The notes under the pieces are model-generated. The model had not been told where the DNA came from, searched no databases, and saw only the letters and a list, made by a program, of their open reading frames with translations. 64,000 bases of DNA, from the NCBI GenBank assembly GCA_022813965.1, contig JALDZS010000067.1:1-64000 (forward strand), in the 5' to 3' direction. The stretch is from Toensbergia leucococca (lineage: Eukaryota). The translations under genes and the position numbers were made by a program. Below are positions 13,866 to 26,769 of the stretch, in pieces; positions within the stretch are counted from its first letter, which is position 1, and the number at the start of each line of letters is the position of its first letter.

Positions 13866-15296
13866 ATGTTTCCGGAACGGCCTCCGTCTCATTTCCTCAC
13901 AGACGTCGAGGAGTCCAGGGCCATTACGGCTGATGACGTTCTTGTAACAGAAAGGGGGACCGTTGGCTCGACTCTTCCGCCAATCCCAATAGAAATTCGG
14001 TCATCGAAATATGCCATTTTGTCTCTGCGGTTATATATCCTCACAGCGTATCGACGTCTCTTTTCAATAGTCCTGCTAGGAAATCTTATAGCTTTTACCA
14101 TCATTACAGTGTCATATCGAACACCCACAGCTATCGTCAATGCCGCCACGGCAAATCTCACAATCTCAGCTTTAGCGCGGCAACCCTGTATGATAAACGC
14201 GATCATTATCTGTTGTTGCTCAATACCGAGAGCAGCTCCAATGTGGATCCGCAAAAAAGCTGGAAAGTGCATCAACTATGGCGGGGTGCACAGTGGGTGC
14301 GGCGTGGCTTCTGTGATGTGGTATACCTTATTTGTTGGACTCACGACTCATACATTCGCGGCGTCAAAATCGGATAAGACCGTATCAGTCCAGGTCTTGG
14401 TCTTTTCATACCTCATACTCGGGCTTCTCCTCGCCATTGTTGTGGCTGCTTATCCGAAGTTTAGAACCTTGCAGCACAACGCTTTTGAATATATCCACCG
14501 ATTCTCTTCGTATACAGCTATCGTACTGTTCTGGGCGCTACTGCTGGTAATGTCGAATGATCTCCATAGATCGCAGCAACAGGCTTCTCTCGGCCGCTAT
14601 CTGTTAGCTTTTCCAAGCTTCTGGTTTGCTTTGATTATCACCATCAACATCGTCTGGAGCTGGGTTCATTTGCGTATCGTTGCCGTCCGACCAGAATACC
14701 TCTCTGACCACGCTATCCGCTTGCATTTTTGTCGGGAAAATGCCGGCATAGGTATGGGAATAAAGATTGCCAAGAACCCACTCAAAGATTGGCATTCCTT
14801 TGCTTCGATTCCCGATCAAGACGGCAATGGCTTTTCTTGTATCATATCCAACGCAGGAGATTGGACAAAGGCCTGCATTCGCAATCCACCCACCCGCATT
14901 TGGAAGCGTGGCTTACCTGTCTGCGGATTGGTTCAAGTCATAGATCTATTTCGGAGTGTTGTGATTGTTGCCACCGGTTCTGGTATTGGACCGTGTCTGT
15001 CCATACTCAATTCGGAGACCCGGCCTCCAATCCGCGCGTTGTGGCAGACAAGGTCACCTGAAAAGACATACGGATTGGGCATTGTCAATGCGGTCAAGCA
15101 GCTTGACCAGAAGGCAGTCATTATCGATACGGACAAGGTTGGCCGAAAAGACATGCTACCTGCAGCTTGGGGAGTTTTCAGAGAGGCAGAGGCCGAAGCA
15201 GTATTCTGCGTGTCAAATCCAGCCGTGACAAAAGAAATTGTCTTCCAATTTGAGGCCCGAGGTATTGCGGCTTATGGACCTGTCTTTGATTCTTGA
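13866..15296 (+). CDS. tmpA: TmpA-like transmembrane flavoprotein (ferric-reductase-like TM domain plus FAD/NAD-binding domain)
   Basis: Intronless 476 aa. About 6 TM helices with GGVHSG and HNAFEYIHRF, then WHSFA, AGDWT and VATGSGIGP; ends GIAAYGPVFDS. No AMP-binding domain. Confidence 0.75.
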   Translation: MFPERPPSHFLTDVEESRAITADDVLVTERGTVGSTLPPIPIEIRSSKYAILSLRLYILTAYRRLFSIVLLGNLIAFTIITVSYRTPTAIVNAATANLTISALARQPCMINAIIICCCSIPRAAPMWIRKKAGKCINYGGVHSGCGVASVMWYTLFVGLTTHTFAASKSDKTVSVQVLVFSYLILGLLLAIVVAAYPKFRTLQHNAFEYIHRFSSYTAIVLFWALLLVMSNDLHRSQQQASLGRYLLAFPSFWFALIITINIVWSWVHLRIVAVRPEYLSDHAIRLHFCRENAGIGMGIKIAKNPLKDWHSFASIPDQDGNGFSCIISNAGDWTKACIRNPPTRIWKRGLPVCGLVQVIDLFRSVVIVATGSGIGPCLSILNSETRPPIRALWQTRSPEKTYGLGIVNAVKQLDQKAVIIDTDKVGRKDMLPAAWGVFREAEAEAVFCVSNPAVTKEIVFQFEARGIAAYGPVFDS

Positions 15297-15810
15297 AAAG
15301 CCTTCTCTAGGAATTTACTGACGGAGTGCATGGACTGAAAGCCGGACTAACATTTCTCTCCTCGGTGCGCTCAGACATTCCTTGTCATAAATCTTAGTTC
15401 CTGGGCAACAATAGGTAAACAACATACCTATATGCTTTTTGGAATGACATCTTCAAGTTGATCGTGTAATTAGTGTTGAGTGTCTTCTATTATCATGGCT
15501 TAAATCGATCACATGTGTTGGATGTAAGGTAGTCACTGTCGCTCCCAATTTGGTCTAAGGTCATAGCAGGTTTTAAACCGGATAGCAGTCGAAATTGTGG
15601 GCCTATTCCAATCTTCGATCAGGAGATGCGTAGACCTTTAACCACTTATGGAGGCGTCCATGGTGCAAAGATTTTAGCTCTTATCTCCTTAAATCTCTCA
15701 TCAAACCGAACCTAGTCTGTGCTGCAAAAAACCTCACTTTTGCCAAAGTAGAGAAATGCGGCAAGTATGGTGACTTCAATGAAGTCTTCCAGCTTACAGA
15801 CCCGTGGATA

Positions 15811-17087
15811 CTACTTCATCGCAGCAAAATCAAGCTTCCTTGCTACTTTATCGCCTCGGCCGTCTTCCACTTCACCTCCCCTCCTCTTCAGATCGTCGCC
15901 CATCTTTTCTGCTCCACCACCTTTCTTAGGCAGATCTTCCTTCTTCGTTGGCCGAGGTTCACTCGCCCACCATTTATGTTCTAGAACTTGGCGTGCAGTG
16001 CTCCGCTTACGAGGATCTAAGACCAGCATCGACATCAATAAATCCACACCAACAGATCCCGCGGTGCCAAAACTTGACATGTAGAAGTCTCTCCCGCGAA
16101 CGGGCAGTGAGGCAGCCTTATCGAACTTCACATAGCCGTCAAGCTTGGATACTCCTGGCCAATTTTCCTCGGTAGGCGTACCTATAGCTTGACATATCAA
16201 TTCGATCTGGTGCAGGTCTGTGTTCCCAGCAACGAAAGGTGTTCGTAGGATAAGTTCGGCAAAGACAAGACCCATAGACCATACATCCACAACCCCAGAG
16301 TAGTATCTAGCTCCGAAAAGGAGCTCGGGTGGTCGATACCATCGGGTGATGACTTGCGATGTCATTACGCGGTACGGATCGGAAAAGGACCTGGCGAGAC
16401 CGAAATCGGCAAGCTTGACCTCTCCATCTGCCGCAATGAGTAGGTTGTTGGGCTTAATATCTCGATGAAGCACAAAATTGGCATGACAGAACCAAACAGC
16501 ACGTGCCAGCATACCCATCCACGCTTTGACATCTGCCGTACCGTATCGTACGCCTTCGCTATCTTTGATGAGCATCTCCAGATCTCCCAATGGTAGAAAT
16601 TCAAGTACCAAATTGAGATTCTGGTTCTTTGATGAGAAGACCGAGTGTAAGGCAATGATGTTGGGATGTGAGAGTTCCTGCAAATATTTAACTTCCCTGA
16701 TGGCATCCATGGAGAGCCCATCGCGGTACTCGGTATTAAGCTTGATCTTTTTGATTGCAACAAGTGATTTCTCGTCAGCTTTGAGATGGCCTAGATAGAC
16801 AATAGCGTAGGTCCCTTCACCGAGCTTTTTATCTAGCATTGATCAAAACCCCAAATCTTGCATCACACGTTCGGAAGACCATCTTGATCTGGCATACCTT
16901 TGACATACTTTTGCTTCGTTTCTTCATTTAGTTGTTCAGCGAGCTCTGGGGCTTTCTCGGCGGTGGAAGAGTAATTGCTATTTGGTAGTCCATTTCCACT
17001 ACTCCTGACACTCAAAGCCGCAGCATTGGGGGCATCGACTTTGACACCTAGCAAGCCGTTTTGGCTGACTGATGATGAGACGGCCAT
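15811..17087 (-). CDS. KIN28: TFIIH/CAK kinase KIN28/CDK7 (Crk1)
   Basis: GEGTYA, DGLSMDAIRE cyclin-binding helix, HRDIKPNN, DFGLARSF and TSQVITRWYR. Intron 16897-16833. Confidence 0.92.
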
Positions 17088-17504
17088 GCTTTGAATCCAC
17101 GGGCTAAAATATAAAGTCTTTGTTCTGGTGATGATTGAGGTGGTCAGCAATAAACATGACCAGTCATAATTCGCGGGGAAGTGTAGGTGTCGAAGGCGCG
17201 AGCTGATTCTGAGCCACGTCTGGTACTGAAGATTTTGAATACCCAGTATCGCTTTATAAGGTGAAGCGCCAGATGTGGTGAAGGGAGGTGTTGAACTGAG
17301 CAGCTAGTAAGGAGTAGTGTGGTCCAAGGATCCGTGTATGATAGTTAGGCGATTTCAGCAGTTGTTCACATATTCCTCTATTCTACGGATAGAGATCCTT
17401 TCATCGCCGCATCGGAAGGGAATTTTGAACTCCCCTCCAAGTTGCGTCCTCTACACAGTGAAGCCTAGAATTTCTTCAGTTTTACGCCCATCAAGGAAGC
17501 AGTC

Positions 17505-18215
17505 ATGATTGTGCGAAACTCCAAAGCTCAAACCCTCGTCTTACAATGCTCCCTGCGACCTCACCTTTCTACTCGTCAACTCCACCAGCAACGTACCGCT
17601 ATTGCTCGAATACCGCCGCCAACTCCATTCGTGCCAGATCCCAAGACGTTCCTTACCCTGATCGGCCGCAACCTATCCAAACACGCCGCCAAGATTCCCA
17701 CCTGGGAATCGCTTTTTTCTCTTACCTCATCTCAATTTCGCGAGCTTGGAGTTGAGCCTGCGCGAAGTCGTCGCTATCTACTATGGTGGAGGGACCGATT
17801 CAGAAAAGGCATACATGGGATTGGAGGAGATCTAAAACATGTGGTGAACGGAGTTGGAGAGGTCAGGGTGGTAGAGGAAATAGATTCTGCGATTCTCAGC
17901 GGCACAGCAGCTTCTTCAACACCTGTGGCGCGCAGAAGAAAATTTGTCGTCAATATGCCGCCAGAAACAATTGTCAATGGCCTACCAAAAGAGGAGATTG
18001 AGCCAGTCCAGGGATACAAGGTGCGCGGAGCTCATACAGTTGTGGGGCCGCATGCTCAACCTGTCAAGGGCACCGACTTCAGAGTTGCTCTCATCAAGGT
18101 CAAAGATGGACTATGGGAGCAGCGGAGAGGGGTTAAGGTAGATGGTGGAGAGAGAAGGAAGGTAGCAGTGAGGACGAAGCGGAGGTTAGAAGAAGCTAAG
18201 GCGACACAAAAGTGA
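17505..18215 (+). CDS. FYV4: Mitochondrial small ribosomal subunit protein mS41/FYV4 (IGR domain)
   Basis: Basic presequence-like N-terminus, FLTLIGRNL, LGVEPARSRRYLL and KVDGGERR. Confidence 0.82.
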   Translation: MIVRNSKAQTLVLQCSLRPHLSTRQLHQQRTAIARIPPPTPFVPDPKTFLTLIGRNLSKHAAKIPTWESLFSLTSSQFRELGVEPARSRRYLLWWRDRFRKGIHGIGGDLKHVVNGVGEVRVVEEIDSAILSGTAASSTPVARRRKFVVNMPPETIVNGLPKEEIEPVQGYKVRGAHTVVGPHAQPVKGTDFRVALIKVKDGLWEQRRGVKVDGGERRKVAVRTKRRLEEAKATQK

Positions 18216-18976
18216 TGGATTAATGGTCGCCGACGCAGAGACTCTTCTGCATCACAAAACAGTCGCATATCCACGTTTCTAGCCATGGCTGATCTAATCA
18301 CCAGTTTGGGTGCTCTTTCTATCGTGTTGCTAGGAGCAGAGGCGGTGCACCGAGCCATGCATTCGAGTCAGGATTACCTAGGATTATCAGGCCATCGCAG
18401 CTGATGCCTCATCATACACAGCATCAGATACCACATAATCATGTAATGGCCTGTGTTTATAGTTGAGTGCATGGGCCATCGTCAAATAGATCTTGGGCCA
18501 GAATGGAAATTCTGATCACCGCATGAGCAACAGCAGCATGGTATTGTGTTTCGTAGTCTGTATGGATACTATGTGAAGTATTGCGTACTTGTACTTGTTC
18601 CGCTTTTGTTGCATTAGATAGGCATCCTCGATTGAAAGCAAGGGTCATATGCTAAGCTTTCTGGACAGCTATGACAGGGGTTTTTAGTTCCAAAAGCTAC
18701 GAGTACCTTAGTCGGAGCACGTAGATCTTCATACTCCAGAACGTCACCATTGAGGGATGAGGTCGGCAAGGTACATTTTTCTCCATCTCATTCCACTTTT
18801 CTTTATAGTCTGATTCGAAAATCTTCATTAGAAGATTAAGTCAGGCTTGGATTATCGCAAGACATGACTCTCTGCTTCGTTCTCAGTTCAGACCAGTTCC
18901 TTCAGAATGAAACATTTAACCGTTAAATTCTAATTATTTATATAAATGTTGATTGAGAAGACTCGATTCTCTCATC

Positions 18977-20166
18977 ATGGCATCTCAGCCATTAGGCAAT
19001 CTCGTTCGTCTTACTCCTCTACAGCTCGACGAGCTACCTTCCCATCCAGCGCTGCAACAGCAGTCAAATAGCGATGCTGAACCTCAGCAACCCCAAAATA
19101 TCTCTCCAGACCATCCCCAGAATAGCCTCGACCATAGTCATAGATCTAGCCCCAGAGGTATCCCCTTTACTTCCAGAAGTGGTAGCACCCCAGCTGACAT
19201 TTCAACAAGGACAACGACCCAGCTTAATCCCGTTCATCCAGGAACTACTCGACCAGGCAACCGTCTTCGTTGATGACATTTTACCAACCACATTTCATGA
19301 GTCTGGATCAAAGAGTTCATCTCCGTCATCCGCTAAAGTGAAGCTTCTGAAACGTGAAATCACTAGCCATGACCTCAGCAGAATTCCATGGAAGACGTCC
19401 AAAATCCCTCGAGCAGTATCCAAGGATGTACAGTCATCTGCCGAAACATGGGTCGCGCGAAGAAGTCGCCATGCTAACCAAATCGAGGAAGGGACTGCAA
19501 GTTTTTCGGAATTCGATCACGGCTTGAGGGTTGAGCATTCAGAGCATGAGCGAGAGTACACGCCGGATGTCTTTGATTCTTTCAAGGTGCTGGACTGGGA
19601 TACGGAGACTGTCGGCGTTCTTTTTGACAAATACTCGGAAGTTCGGATGAGTAGTAAGTAAGTCCTAGCTTCCGTCGTCTGGCTTAGGCTCATGAAGCAT
19701 ACAATCAAGTTTACGAAATGTGTCACCAGCTACCATTTCCACTTTCAACACGCGTTTTTCCAGTACTTGTCGTAACCGCCAAGACAGGAGAAACTTCTTT
19801 TATTATAGTACAGGTTCCTGTTAGTATCGAGTCTCTTTCAGTGGCATTTTACAGCAATTCTCGTAATCTGCAAGAAGGGGATAGAGCGGTGAAGCGGAAA
19901 AGGCCAATTCTTGGGTAAGATAGCACTTTGCGCATACTGTTTTTCCCATGTGACCAATCATGCTCACGGATATGTGTAGAGTCTACACGAGCATCGAGCG
20001 CTGCTACAAGCTTCCCGATGGACAGATTGATTGGATCATGGCCACAGCTAGCGACGCTAAGGGATGGCTACCCATGTGGATGCAAAAGATTGGTGTTCCA
20101 GGAGCAGTTGTCAAGGACGTAGGCCTCCTAATGAAATGGGTTTCGGGACGTAGAGCTTCAAGATGA
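18977..20166 (+). CDS. DUF3074 family (START/SRPBCC-like fold) protein, 4 exons
   Basis: WVARRSRH, HSEHEREYT, TRVFPVLVV, YTSIER and WIMATASDAKGWLPMW. Introns 19158-19209, about 19657-19709 and about 19915-19979. Confidence 0.78.
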
Positions 20167-20565
20167 TCTGGCAAAATGGAGGACTGCCCGCTGACCCAAC
20201 TCTTTCCCAGCGACATCTAATTCTAGGCTACTCCGTAATGAGTGTGTATTCTCGAGTTCAGCTCCTTTTAAGTTTAGTTCCGGATCTCGATTCTCTTATA
20301 CGTGGAATAATAAAGGCAGGGGCGCAATCCCTCGAATACCTTGCGGAGAATTAGGTGAGGACTGTAGGCTATATAATCGTCGGTATCAAATGCTAGGGTT
20401 TCTTATGCTGACAGAGGATAAAATATAAATGGAGTGGCCGTACGGCTCTCTAGGAAATGGGAAAGAAGACAAGCACTTAGCAACGGCTTTTGATATACGG
20501 TGATTAATCGTCTAGGTAGATTGTCTGTAGGTACAGACCGTAGCGAGATTAAGGTACCTACCTTA

Positions 20566-21878
20566 CCGTCCGTCCAGTAGTTTAATGTTCCATAGTGTTA
20601 GAGTTCTCAACTTTATATGAGAGTTTTATTGTAGAACTGATTGTAGAGTACTTTTTCCAGTATGTTTCACAGATGAAACAATTCCTTTGATTGAACAGAA
20701 CACTTGATAATACGTATAAATTGTCTTCTATCGCTTCTTCTTGACAACGAGTTATCTGTAGTTTCATTCAAAGAACAAGATAAATACAGTTCTTGAATTG
20801 CGATGATTGATAATCAATGACGTACCTGAATAGGAAGCGTTCTTTTTCAAAGGAACCATTCATGCAATTTCTGTGATTGATATTTGATGATGTATACAGA
20901 TAAAGAATCACTCCCTTAGAAAAGAACAGTTCATCTGACTTAGTGAGCTATCTAGAACTCTCTTTCAATGACTTCATTCACTTAATTCATCTACTTATTC
21001 AATTTTCTGCACTTCATCTCTCTAATCAATTTCATCTACTTTCTCTATTGCGCGCCATCTATGATCTATCTATTGCATGTCATCTATCTATTGTATGTCA
21101 TCTACCTTCTCTATTGTGTGTCATCTACCTTCTCTATTGCGTGCCATCTACCTTCTCTATTGCATGCCATCTACCTTCTCTATTGCGTGCCATCTATCTA
21201 TTGTGTGCCATCTATCTATTGCGTGCCATCTACCTTCTCTATTGCGTGCCATCTATCTATTGTGTGCCATCTTACATCTATCTATTCAGCTTAGTTTGCT
21301 ATCATTATGACGTTATGATTGCTATGACTTACCTACCTACGAATATCTAGATACCTTATCCTTAGCTAGCTGACTGTCACTGACAGTAATACAATGTTTA
21401 TGAACTATCATATGAGTGCCTATCAACTGAATGTGATAAACCTGATGTAATGTGACAAATCTACAGTAATGCGATTCATACTATGATATGTAGAAAGCGC
21501 AATGAAGAATTCAAATATCAGGAATGATTCCTATTGCGCTACGTAGAACTCATTTGAATCATACATATGATTTTATATGTGATATTTAGAGAACGCTTCC
21601 TTGTTGTAGGAACGGTTCCCAGATTACTACGTACAAAGTCGTGTGTATGTATCCCGTTCATATGATTCCAAGATGTCTACGTATAACTTCATTTCTACAT
21701 AATCATTTGCTATGGTTCAAGATTGATTATGTATCAAGTCAAATCTATGATTGAGATTATGATACACTCACTTTTTATGATATTGAGTAACTTAGGAACG
21801 TTTATCAAGACGTTTCAATTTGGTGACCTAAATAGTATGAGATTTCTACAGTTACTACCACTACTGATCGGCCCATAA
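20566..21878. mobile_element. AT-rich decayed insertion (probable mutated mobile-element or foreign-gene relic)
   Basis: Abrupt drop in GC relative to flanks, central minisatellite, two divergent stop-poor reading frames and weak inverted similarity at the ends. Confidence 0.45.
21032..21286. repeat. Minisatellite of mixed 23-bp (CTATTGCGTGCCATCTACCTTCT) and 18-bp (CTATTGTGTGCCATCTAT) units
   Basis: About a dozen tandem units visible. Variants differ mostly by C/T and G/A transitions. Confidence 0.9.
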
Positions 21879-22115
21879 GGTAGATATTGAATAGGCTTTT
21901 CTGTAAGTATGAATGGAGGATCTGCAATGAGTATCGTCAGCCTTACAAAACCTTATTCTATTCGATGGACCACGCCACTTTTGCATCCCGACTCATAAGG
22001 CATAAGGCTGGCATCAAAAACTTCTTCTCCTACGGATACTCCGTACTCACGACCAAGATCCTACCAACTCCGGGAGTCACCTTCCATGATCCTCTCAAGA
22101 GTGTCGCATATGCCC

Positions 22116-25100
22116 ATGAGCCAGGCGCAGCAGCGTTGTGCGCGACGACAGTATGGTGGGCCTTGAGCAAGAGCCTGCTATCACATCCGCGCCAGTCTGA
22201 ACGTAGGGCTTCAACTTGGAACAATGCAAGACGGCCACCACTCGGCGCGACCAATGGGGACTTTGCAGCCACCCCTGAGCAAGTACTATCATGGCCCATC
22301 CGCAGGCTCTTTCAATTGGAGCCGAAACAATAGCTCCGAATCGCTTCCGTCTCTACCACCACGACCGTCGCCAAGTCCTCTTGCCCAATCGCCTCCCCCG
22401 TCTATAAACCAACAGTCATATACCCCGAACAACGTACAGTCATGGGGCCTACCTGGTCCTCCACCATCAGCTCCACCAGCAAGTCACATCGCGAGCGCGC
22501 CTTACAATCCGAATACTTATGGTCTCATGCCCAGTGCACACCAATCGCCTCTTAATCTCGCTGGAAACCAAGCTGGTGGTGCCGGAATACATGCAGATAA
22601 ATCGCAATGGGGAGTGATGTTCAATCAGACACCGCCATCTGATGGGAATCTGTTGATGAAGCCGCCACTGCCGGTATGATATTACTACTTAGCTTCAATT
22701 GAGCTCCGGCTACCACCCAATCACGAGTGCTAACATGTCGATACTGAGCTAGCCAAGGCCTCATAGTGCTCTCGAGCAAAATCAATCCCAAAGTCAAAGT
22801 CAATATTCCGTGCCGCCTCCGTACGAGAATGGATCTCTCGAATACCTTAGACCAGTCGCCTACAGCCCTGCTGCTCCACCCTTTGTAAGTCAGGGCCATC
22901 AGGACTCATCGCACCATGGCAAGCCAAGTGAGTCTCCGCAGCCCACGCGCCCACCGCCCCCTCCGCCAAAGCTACCTCCGGACGATTTGCAGCCTGACTT
23001 ACAATCTATGCCCTTGCACCCCCTTTATTCTACCCAACCACAAAAACCTCAGTATACCCCTATGAATGACCAACAACAATACCGCCATGAACAGCCGTCC
23101 CATGAGCCTCATGGCTCGAATGTTCATTCATCTCCAACCCTGGCATGGTCACAAGACGAGGGTATAATTTCTTCGCACTCAGCAGAGCCTCAACCAATAA
23201 TTTCTGATCAAGAATATGGGAATACTTCTTATCAAAACCTACGTCAATCATCCGTCTCTTCTTTAGGTGACACGAATGGCCAGCGCGAATCGTACGCTGC
23301 ATATGCGTCTAGCTTTACGCAAGCCCTTCCTTCCTACGAAGACGCTGTTTCGAATCCTGCTTCTCCAGACAATGTTGGATGGGGTCAGCAACTCCAAGAA
23401 TCGATCCAGACGGGCGTTGACACTTTGGCTGGACATCGAGGTGATAGAGTTGCATCGCATCGCAAAGTTCAACCTGTAGAGAATACTGGGAAAGAATTTC
23501 AACGGAACAATACCTCCTTCTACTGGCACTCCCCTCGCTCGTCTTTGGACGAGGCTGAAGACACAAAGCAAATGGTCCCTGCCACACCCGAGAACCGGAG
23601 AACAGCCCCAGGCGTTGTAGAAAGCCTACCTACCACGGAAACCGCTGAGTATGGATATGCTGATGTCTTTGTACCAGCCCCAAGTTTACTACAGCCTGTT
23701 CTTGGCTATAATGCTTCTGCGCTTGGCTTTGGCGGCCCATCAGACTGGGAACATTTCGGAGATTACGCAGCTGAAGAGGTTGATGATACCGAATTGTACA
23801 GCCGTACGAAGCCAAAGAACGAGGCAGTGGATGTACCAGAGTCTGTTGAGCTACCGACGAATTCGTCGCCTGTTTTCAATCTGAAACAAGGATTTCGCTC
23901 AACTCCGTCCGCGTTAGAATCCAGATTTCAGCTTCCACCTGCTTCAACAAGCCTTCGTACAAACCCGCAAAAAAGTTCCTCCCTAGAAGAATTAGTACCG
24001 AAACCTCGGCCTTCAGATGACAGAACTCAATTTGCAGTTGCTGAGCAAACAATCGAGCCTGCTATGGATCCAACACCTTCGGAATGCGAGGGTTCGGGTG
24101 CGTCTCAAGAAAACCTGCCCAGGCAATCTTTGGGCGCGGACTTAGATGAATCGATTCGCGCCTGGTCTCAAAATTCAGTCAATGAGCCGCGTGGCGAACC
24201 CATCCCTGCCCACGATGATGCTCCCTTTGAAGACAATGGCCTTGATGATGTCGAAACTTCGTCTCCACCTCTCGAAGCAAGGCTGAAACCGGGGTCCCCT
24301 GGTTCGCTAAAGGTATCAGCCTCGTTCCTAAAGATTCCAAACGCTCTAGAGGGAGGGCGAGGCACGCGGCCACACGCGTCTATTAAAGGCAGTGCCCTAG
24401 ACGATCAGCAAGACTCATCAAAGGAGCAAAACCAATCTGAGTCCTCCCGTGTCATACAGCTTGACGTAGCAGCCCATAATGCAATCATGGGCGTTAATGA
24501 AACTAAAGATCCTTACGCAAATATGAATTCGTGGGCAAGAGCATCACTAGATCGATATGCGTTGATGCTTACCGAAGAATCTAATGCCATGACTGACCTC
24601 GAAAAGATGGGTGTTTTCATGGCTTTTGCTACTCGAGAATCCCGTCTGCGAGCTGACTTGTACGGGACCAAATCGGAGCCCTTGAATGTCGAGCAAACCG
24701 CTTTCCTGAATAGTCCCACAAAGCGTGCCCATAGTCGGACCTCTAGTCTACGTGACTCTGCTGAGTCATTCATAGTACCTATAGACACTGACTCGCAACA
24801 TTCGCCACAACCTGATGTCTATCCTGCAAGACAATCCTCACTACCAGAGGCTAAAGACACTCGGCAAGCCAAGTCGGTGATAAATTCAGACCAGCATCAA
24901 ATTGACCGACCAGCCGCCGATGAGTCGTATGTCTTGGTAGACTCGCCGAACGATATACAATATAGTCCAGGAGGAAGACCGAAGGTAATTCGTACTTCAA
25001 AGACAGAAGGAGGTAGCCTTTTCGACGAAGAATCAGTCACGAGTCCATCTAACGTATTTTTGAAAGGAATAGCCACAAAAGATATGGCCAAGTCGGATAA

Positions 25101-26769
25101 TGAGAATCATTCGCCCAGCTCAGACGCACCCACCGCCATAGACTTTCTTACAGGCAATGACCCAAAGCATTCCAAGGTCTTCACGTTTGACAGTTCCGCA
25201 GATTCCACAGTCGCACGTCCCGACACAACGCAAACTGTTTACACTCCATTTAGATACAACGAAACCCATCCAGAGACTAAAGACTATTCTGCGAGTCGTC
25301 AGTCTACCTATAGACCATACGCAGCTTTGAGGCTGGGTTCGTTGGATAGTGGTATAAAAGTCGACAAAGAGCAGCATCTTAAAAGACGGGATACATTCGA
25401 TTCTCCCGCGGCGGTACAGAAAGTGCACGAAGAGACTGTCATCGGCAGTCCAAAGAGTGGAGAGTTGTCAGATATTATCAACCCAAATTCATTACTGACC
25501 GTGCTGCCCCAGTCTGGAATCACAATCCACGAGTCACTGGAACTTTCTCAACTGAGACGTTCAATGGATGCAATTATTGACGATTTCAGTTTTATCCATA
25601 AAAGCGTAGTCACATGGGATGCTGCAGCCAAACAAGTACGCGAACAATGTGACAGGGATCGTCACTCAAGACAGGTCGATTCCGAACAGAGGATCGATGG
25701 CCTTTTCAATGATCATGAGATTGGATATGGGGACATCTCAGACTTGGAGGCAGAATTCAAACGATCTGAAGCTGTTCGAAAGGCCGATGAAGACCGAGTG
25801 GAATATCAAACCTTCCTTTCCGAAGTATTTAACATCGTGTGGACGCGTTTGCATTACGAAATCGACGAGCTAAATCCCTTGTACCATCAATGTTTGAGCC
25901 GGGTGAATAATGCTTTAGCTGGTAAGAATATGTTCGAAGAGTGCGACGATCGTTTGGCACTCGCACCTACCATGAACACATCACTGGCTTTGCATCAAAA
26001 ACTTGAGATCCGACACCAGAAAGCCTTTGAAGCAGTCTTGGAGAGGGACCGGCGACTCAAGAAAACCGAAGTCTCTCCTTGGTACGCTCTCGGCAACATC
26101 ATCAAGGTAAAACAGCTTGAGAAGCAATTTGAGGTTGCTGAGAAAAAGGCAATACTAGAATATTGTCGTCAGCGCGACGAAAGGGCTAATAGGCTGATGG
26201 ATGTACTCGACCACAACACCCTCAGAGGCGTGGGTATCAATCAAGATTACATGGAAACGATCATGAAATCTGTTCGCACGCTCACATCAGAAATTGCGTT
26301 GGATCCTTTGTCTAGCTCGGACGGGTTGAAGGTCCCACTCGAGGAAGTGGTGAAAGCAAAGGCCGTGACCACGAGCATTGCCACGTCGTCAGAACAGATT
26401 GTCCAAACGTTTCACGTAGCGGACATGTTGTTGAATGCTGCAGAATACGAAGTATCTGTCGCTAGTGCAAGGGTCACAAATGCTGAAGCTGCAGTTCTCA
26501 CCCAATTGATCAAAGACAGGGCCGTCGAGGATCAAAAGCTTGTGAAAGACCTGGAGCATCGCCTTTCACTGATAAGAGAAGCCTCGCGAAGGACGCTTGA
26601 TGAGATTGCGAAGCTAATATCCTTTCTAGGAGTTCAGGACGGAAAGGCAGAGACTTCACAAACGGATCAAGCACCTATGGATCGAAGCCACGATGAGCGA
26701 TTGCAGAAGGCATTGGACGATGCAAAGAGAAGGAATGCATTGAAGAACAGAAGCGAGGATTTTTCTTAA
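22116..26769 (+). CDS. Large hypothetical protein (Pro/Ser-rich disordered N-terminus, helical/coiled-coil C-terminus)
   Basis: 1319-codon ORF plus upstream exons. Inferred exon 1 is 22116-22137 (MSQAQQRW-LQLGTM after splicing intron 22138-22206); second intron about 22674-22751. Motif GFGGPSDWEHF. Confidence 0.75.

Noticed and set aside
17088..17504. Short divergent spacer between KIN28 and FYV4 (likewise STT4/CHK2)
   Set aside because: Bidirectional promoters are commonplace in compact fungal genomes.
18953..19273. Apparent frameshift between overlapping ORFs at the start of the DUF3074 gene
   Set aside because: A 52-nt intron (19158-19209, GTATCC...CTGAC...AAG) joins the frames exactly.
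21032..21286. CRISPR-like appearance of the repeat
   Set aside because: No unique spacers, no cas genes and a eukaryotic context.
20943..21350. Repetitive hydrophobic ORFs in three frames
   Set aside because: They are translations of the minisatellite; the 23-bp unit is not a multiple of 3.
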